DNA of 64,000 bases from an uncultured Actinomycetes bacterium (lineage in GTDB: Bacteria > Actinomycetota > Thermoleophilia > UBA2241), in the NCBI GenBank assembly GCA_963709345.1, contig CAVPVX010000003.1, forward strand, positions 1 to 64,000, given 5' to 3'. The notes under the pieces were generated by a model. The model was not told the origin of the DNA, did no database searches, and saw only the letters and a list, made by a program, of their open reading frames with translations. Every line of letters starts with the position of its first letter. Position 1 is the stretch's first letter. Shown in pieces: positions 59,869-64,000 of this stretch. The position numbers and the translations under genes are program-made.

Positions 59869-60822
59869 TCAGATGCCGAGCAGCGAGCGGATCTGCGCAG
59901 GCTCACGCGCCTGCATGAGCGCCTGCGCGAGCGGCTTGTCGATGACCCCGTGGCGCCGCAGCCGCGACCAGAACTGGCGCAGGTGGCCCACGGCGCGGTC
60001 GCCCATGTCGTCCATCGTCTCGGCGACGAATCGCCGCGTCTCCTCGAGCTTTACCGCGGCCGGCGCGGACGGGGCGCCGAGCACCTCGGCGAAGAGCCAG
60101 GGCGCGCCCACCGCGTGACGCGCGAGCATGACGGCGGCGGCGCCGCCGTCCAGGAGCGCGAGTGCCGCGGCGCGCCCGTCCACGTCGCCGGAGGCGATGA
60201 CCGGGGCGGGCAACTCCGCGGCGAGGGCGAACGTCACGCTGTGGTCGGCGCGGCCGCTATAGAGCTGCGCCGCAGTACGCGGGTGGATGCAGACGGCAGC
60301 CGCGCCCGCAGCGACGAGGTGACGCGCCGCAAGGCGCCCGAGCCCGTCGCCATGACGCAACCCGGCCCGGATCTTGACGGTCACCGGTACGCCGCGCCCG
60401 GGCGCGGCGTCCTCCACGGCGCGCACGACGGCGGCAACGATGTCCCCGGCGCGATCCGGCTCCGCGAGCAGCGCCGCGCCGGCTCCCGTCTTCACGACCT
60501 TGCGGACGGGGCAGGCCATGTTGATGTCGATGAGGTCCGCCCCACCACCAACGCAACGGGCGGCGGCATCGGCGAGAACGTCGGCGTCGGCGCCGAAGAG
60601 TTGGAAGCCGATCGGATGCTCGCCCGGCCCGGCCTCGAGGTAGTCGAGCGTGCGCCGGTTCTCGTAGTGCACCCCGCAGGCGGAGATCATCTCAGTGAAG
60701 ACGAGGCCGGCGCCCCAGCGGCGGGCGGCGCGACGCAAGGCCGGCGTGGTGAGCCCCGCCATGGGCGCCATGAAGAGCCGCCGGTCGAGCTCGAGGCCGT
60801 TCAGAACCAGGGGGCGAAGCAA
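59869..60822 (-). CDS. dusB: tRNA-dihydrouridine synthase
   Basis: APMAG, FTEMIS, DINMACP, VTVKIR, HPRT. Confidence 0.9.
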   Translation of the reverse strand: MLRPLVLNGLELDRRLFMAPMAGLTTPALRRAARRWGAGLVFTEMISACGVHYENRRTLDYLEAGPGEHPIGFQLFGADADVLADAAARCVGGGADLIDINMACPVRKVVKTGAGAALLAEPDRAGDIVAAVVRAVEDAAPGRGVPVTVKIRAGLRHGDGLGRLAARHLVAAGAAAVCIHPRTAAQLYSGRADHSVTFALAAELPAPVIASGDVDGRAAALALLDGGAAAVMLARHAVGAPWLFAEVLGAPSAPAAVKLEETRRFVAETMDDMGDRAVGHLRQFWSRLRRHGVIDKPLAQALMQAREPAQIRSLLGI

Positions 60823-60870
60823 CGGGTCGGGGGCGGGAGCCGCCAGAGGAGGGCCTGCCTGCGTCCCGCG

Positions 60871-61644
60871 TCAGGCCCGCTGCTGGCGGCGCATCACGAT
60901 CTCGATGCCGCGCAGCGTGAGAAACGGGTCGACGCTCTCGATGACGTCGGTGTGCCGGGCGACGAGCTCGGCAAGCCCCCCGGTGGCGATGACGCGGGCG
61001 CGTACGCCGAGCTCGTCCCAGATCGCGTGCACGATTCCCTCGAGCTCGCCGGCGAATCCGTACACGGCGCCCGACTGCAGCGCCTCGGTCGTCGACTTGC
61101 CGATGGCGTGCTCCGGCTCGACGAGGTCGATCTTGATGAGCTTCGCGGCACGCGTCGTCAGCGCCTCCAGCGAGACCTCGATTCCGGGGGCGATGGCGCC
61201 GCCGAGGTACTCACCCTCTGCCGAGATCACGTCGAAGGTCGTGGCCGTGCCGTAGTCGGCGACGATGCACGGCCCGCCGTACGTAGCGAATGCGGCGACC
61301 GCGTTGGCGACGCGGTCGGCGCCGACCTCGGCGGGGTTCTTCATGGCGATGCGCATGCCCGTGCGCGCGCCGGGACCCACGACGAAGGCGTCCAGCCCAA
61401 GGTGCTTGGCGCACATCTCGACCCACTGCCGGGTCAGGCGCGGCACCACGGACGCAACGCCGACCTCGTCGACCGACTCCCGCAGCCGCAGACCCTGGAG
61501 CGAGAAGAAGCCCTGCAGCAGACCTGCGATCTCGTCGCTGGTGCGGTGCCGTACGGTGGCGAGACGCCACTCGTCGACCACGGCGCCGGCGTCGATGAGC
61601 CCGAGGTGCGTCTGCGTGTTCCCGACGTCGACGACGAGCAGCAC
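60871..61644 (-). CDS. coaX: Type III pantothenate kinase
   Basis: VDVGNT, VGADR, DYGTATT, GGAIAPG, ATGG, LTLRG. Confidence 0.95.
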   Translation of the reverse strand: MLLVVDVGNTQTHLGLIDAGAVVDEWRLATVRHRTSDEIAGLLQGFFSLQGLRLRESVDEVGVASVVPRLTRQWVEMCAKHLGLDAFVVGPGARTGMRIAMKNPAEVGADRVANAVAAFATYGGPCIVADYGTATTFDVISAEGEYLGGAIAPGIEVSLEALTTRAAKLIKIDLVEPEHAIGKSTTEALQSGAVYGFAGELEGIVHAIWDELGVRARVIATGGLAELVARHTDVIESVDPFLTLRGIEIVMRRQQRA

Positions 61645-61646
61645 CG

Positions 61647-62486
61647 TCAGACCTCCAGATCCAGCGCCAGGTCGACCCAGACCGACCGCGTCGTGAGAGC
61701 GCCGGCCGAGATCACGTCAACCCCGGCCTCGGCGAGCTCCCGCACGCGCTCGAGCCGGACCCCGCCGGAGACCTCGACAAGCGCCCGGCCGGCGACACGG
61801 CGCACAGCCTCGCGCACGGACTCCGTGTCCATGTTGTCGAGCAGGACGATGGTGGCGCCGCAGGCGAGCGCCTCATCCAACTGCTCGAGTGTGTCGACCT
61901 CGACCTCGAGCGCGTGCAGGTGCGCCGCTCCGGCGCGCACCAGCGAAACGGCGGCGGCGACGCCGCCGGCCGCCGCCACGTGGTTGTCCTTGATCATCGC
62001 GCCGTCGAACAGGCCGAAGCGGTGCGGCGTGCCGCCGCCGTGCACGACGGCCTGCTTCTCGAGAGCGCGGAGCCCCGGCGTCGTCTTTCGCGTCGCGGCG
62101 ATGCGGGCGCTCGTCCCCGCCGTCTCCGCGACGTACTGGGCGGTCAGCGTGGCCACACCGCTCAGCCGACAGAGGAAGTTGAGAGCCGTCCGCTCGGCGG
62201 CGAGGATGGCAGCCAAAGGGCCATCCAGCGCGGCGACGGCATCTCCCGCGGCGAAAGGTTCACCGTCGCGGACGAGCACGCCCACGGTGAGCCCCGGGTC
62301 GACGAGAGCTGCGGTCGCCTCGAGCGCGGCCACCCCGGAGAGCACGCCTTCCTCGCGCGCAACGACCTGTGCGGCGGCGCTGCCGGAGAAGACCGAGCCG
62401 GTGAGGTCGCCGTAGCCGGCAAGGTCTTCGGCCAGGGCTCGCCGCGCCGCCTCACGAGCCGCTTCACTGTAGCTGCGTTCGCTCAT
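61647..62486 (-). CDS. nadC: Quinolinate phosphoribosyltransferase
   Basis: ERTALNF, TRKTTPG, IKDNH, EVEVD, LLDN. Confidence 0.95.
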   Translation of the reverse strand: MSERSYSEAAREAARRALAEDLAGYGDLTGSVFSGSAAAQVVAREEGVLSGVAALEATAALVDPGLTVGVLVRDGEPFAAGDAVAALDGPLAAILAAERTALNFLCRLSGVATLTAQYVAETAGTSARIAATRKTTPGLRALEKQAVVHGGGTPHRFGLFDGAMIKDNHVAAAGGVAAAVSLVRAGAAHLHALEVEVDTLEQLDEALACGATIVLLDNMDTESVREAVRRVAGRALVEVSGGVRLERVRELAEAGVDVISAGALTTRSVWVDLALDLEV

Positions 62487-62504
62487 CGTCCGTCGCGGTG
62501 CGGC

Positions 62505-64000
62505 TCAGCCGGCCGCATCTCGCTCCGCCGGCGGGAGGCGAAGGGTGATGTGCCGGCGCCAGTGTTCGTCGTCCGCGTTCGGGTAGTCGTCGCGGAGTTG
62601 CACGCCGCGCGACTCCTCGCGCAGCAGAGCGCACTTGGCGATCTGCGTGCCCAGCGTGAGCATGTTGAGGACCTCGTACTCGGCCTCCCCCATCGGTCCG
62701 AACCGAAGCCCCGAGGTGAGGTCGTTCAGTTCGCCGAGCGCCGCGGTCAGGTCGTCGGCGCGGCGCAGCACGCCCACCTTGTGGCGCATGACGTCGGTCA
62801 GGCGGCGGCGCGCGGCCGCCGCGTCTCTGTCGTCACCTGCCGACGCCGCCTCCGGCAGGTCGAAGCGGAGGCGACGGACATCCTCGCCGAGCCTCCCGAT
62901 GTAGCGGTCGAGATCGCGCACCACGCGGTCGGAGAAGACGAGCCCCTCGAGCAGTGAATTGCTGGCGAGCCGGTTGGCGCCGTGGACGCCGGTGCTCGCC
63001 ACTTCACCGCTCGCGTAGAGGCCGGGGACCGTGGTGCGTCCCCACTGATCCGTGACGACACCACCGATGAAGTAGTGGCAGACTGGAGCCACCGGCACGA
63101 GCTGCGTCGCGAGATCGAGGCCGTGATCGGCAAGACCGGCGCTCACGACGGGGAACCGCTCCCGCAGCCAGGCGGCATCGAGGTGCGTCGCGTCGAGGTA
63201 GACGTGCTCTGAACGCTCGACCCGCATCTCGGCGACCATGGCGCGGACGACGACGTCCCTCGACGCCAGCTCCGCGCGCGGGTCGTACGCAGCCATGAAG
63301 CGCTCGCCGGCGGCATTGCGCAGGTAGGCTCCTTCGCCGCGCAACGCCTCGGTGATGAGCTGCACGGTCTCCTGCCCGGGGATCGCAAGGCCGGTCGGAT
63401 GGAACTGCACGAACTCGAGATCGCGGATGGCGGCGCCGGCGCGATACGCCATGGCGATGCCGTCGCCGGTCGCGACCCGGGGATTGGTGGTCCGCCCGTA
63501 CACCTGCCCGGCGCCGCCGGTCGCGAGAATGGTGACCATGGCGACGTTGAGGGTGAGGCCGCCGTCCGCCAGATTGAGCGTGAGCGCACCCACGCAGCGG
63601 CCGCCGACGGTGAGCAGGTCGATGACGAACTCATCCTCGTAGAGCTGCACGCGGCTGCCGACGCGGGCCGCTTCGGCCAGGGCGCTCGAGACTTCGCTGC
63701 CGGTCGCGTCGCCGCCGGCATGCACGACTCGCGGCACCGAGTGAGCTCCCTCACGGCCGAGGACGATCTGCCCGTCGACCTTGTCGAAGCGCGGGCAGAT
63801 CTCCATGAGCTCCCGCACCCGGTCGGGTCCCTCGTTCACGAGTACGCGGACGGTCTCTTCGTCACACAGGCCGGCCCCGGCCTTGACGGTGTCCTCGAAG
63901 TGGAGCTCGGGAGAGTCGCTCGGCCCGAGGGCCGCGGCGATGCCTCCCTGCGCAAGGAAGGTGGTCGTGTCGTCGAACGTCGACTTGGTGAGCAGGCCGA
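62505..64000 (-). CDS. nadB: L-aspartate oxidase, 5' end outside the window
   Basis: EGAHS, GDATG, QFHPT, TEALRGEG, HYFIGGV, GVHGANRLASNSLLE; frame stays open to the window edge (AQGGIAA). Confidence 0.95.
   Translation of the reverse strand, partial: GLLTKSTFDDTTTFLAQGGIAAALGPSDSPELHFEDTVKAGAGLCDEETVRVLVNEGPDRVRELMEICPRFDKVDGQIVLGREGAHSVPRVVHAGGDATGSEVSSALAEAARVGSRVQLYEDEFVIDLLTVGGRCVGALTLNLADGGLTLNVAMVTILATGGAGQVYGRTTNPRVATGDGIAMAYRAGAAIRDLEFVQFHPTGLAIPGQETVQLITEALRGEGAYLRNAAGERFMAAYDPRAELASRDVVVRAMVAEMRVERSEHVYLDATHLDAAWLRERFPVVSAGLADHGLDLATQLVPVAPVCHYFIGGVVTDQWGRTTVPGLYASGEVASTGVHGANRLASNSLLEGLVFSDRVVRDLDRYIGRLGEDVRRLRFDLPEAASAGDDRDAAAARRRLTDVMRHKVGVLRRADDLTAALGELNDLTSGLRFGPMGEAEYEVLNMLTLGTQIAKCALLREESRGVQLRDDYPNADDEHWRRHITLRLPPAERDAAG

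Overview
GC-rich bacterial chromosomal window. Gene content and order (CarD, ClpC, GatCAB, TreT, fhs-fchA-folD) suggest a deep-branching, probably anaerobic Actinomycetota such as Thermoleophilia; this is inference, not a database result. Left to right: a nifV-type synthase/homoaconitase-type cluster with an embedded cyclophilin; gatCAB; csp; TetR plus putrescine aminotransferase; an uncharacterised module of two paralogous APC permeases, an Lrp regulator, a metallophosphoesterase and a nucleotidyltransferase-like protein; a C1/folate cluster (fhs, fchA, folD) followed by HydC/HydB (NuoE/NuoF)-like diaphorase genes with no catalytic subunit; larC; a GT4 glycosyltransferase coupled to an orphan DNA methyltransferase; otsA/treT; feoB with a DtxR regulator and operator; tRNA-Gly(CCC); peptidases; argS; a V4R-GGDEF protein; modABC behind a Moco riboswitch, flanked by two mobA-mobB fusions; tatA; and a housekeeping run nadB-nadC-coaX-dusB-greA-lysS-clpC-radA-carD-yacL-ispD-ispF. 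Two zones (about 16.2-17.5 kb and 36.0-37.1 kb) carry clustered single-base indels that are probably consensus errors. No CRISPR array, integrase or transposase was seen. The best candidates for undescribed systems are the permease/phosphoesterase/nucleotidyltransferase-like module and the folate-linked orphan bifurcating-type diaphorase.
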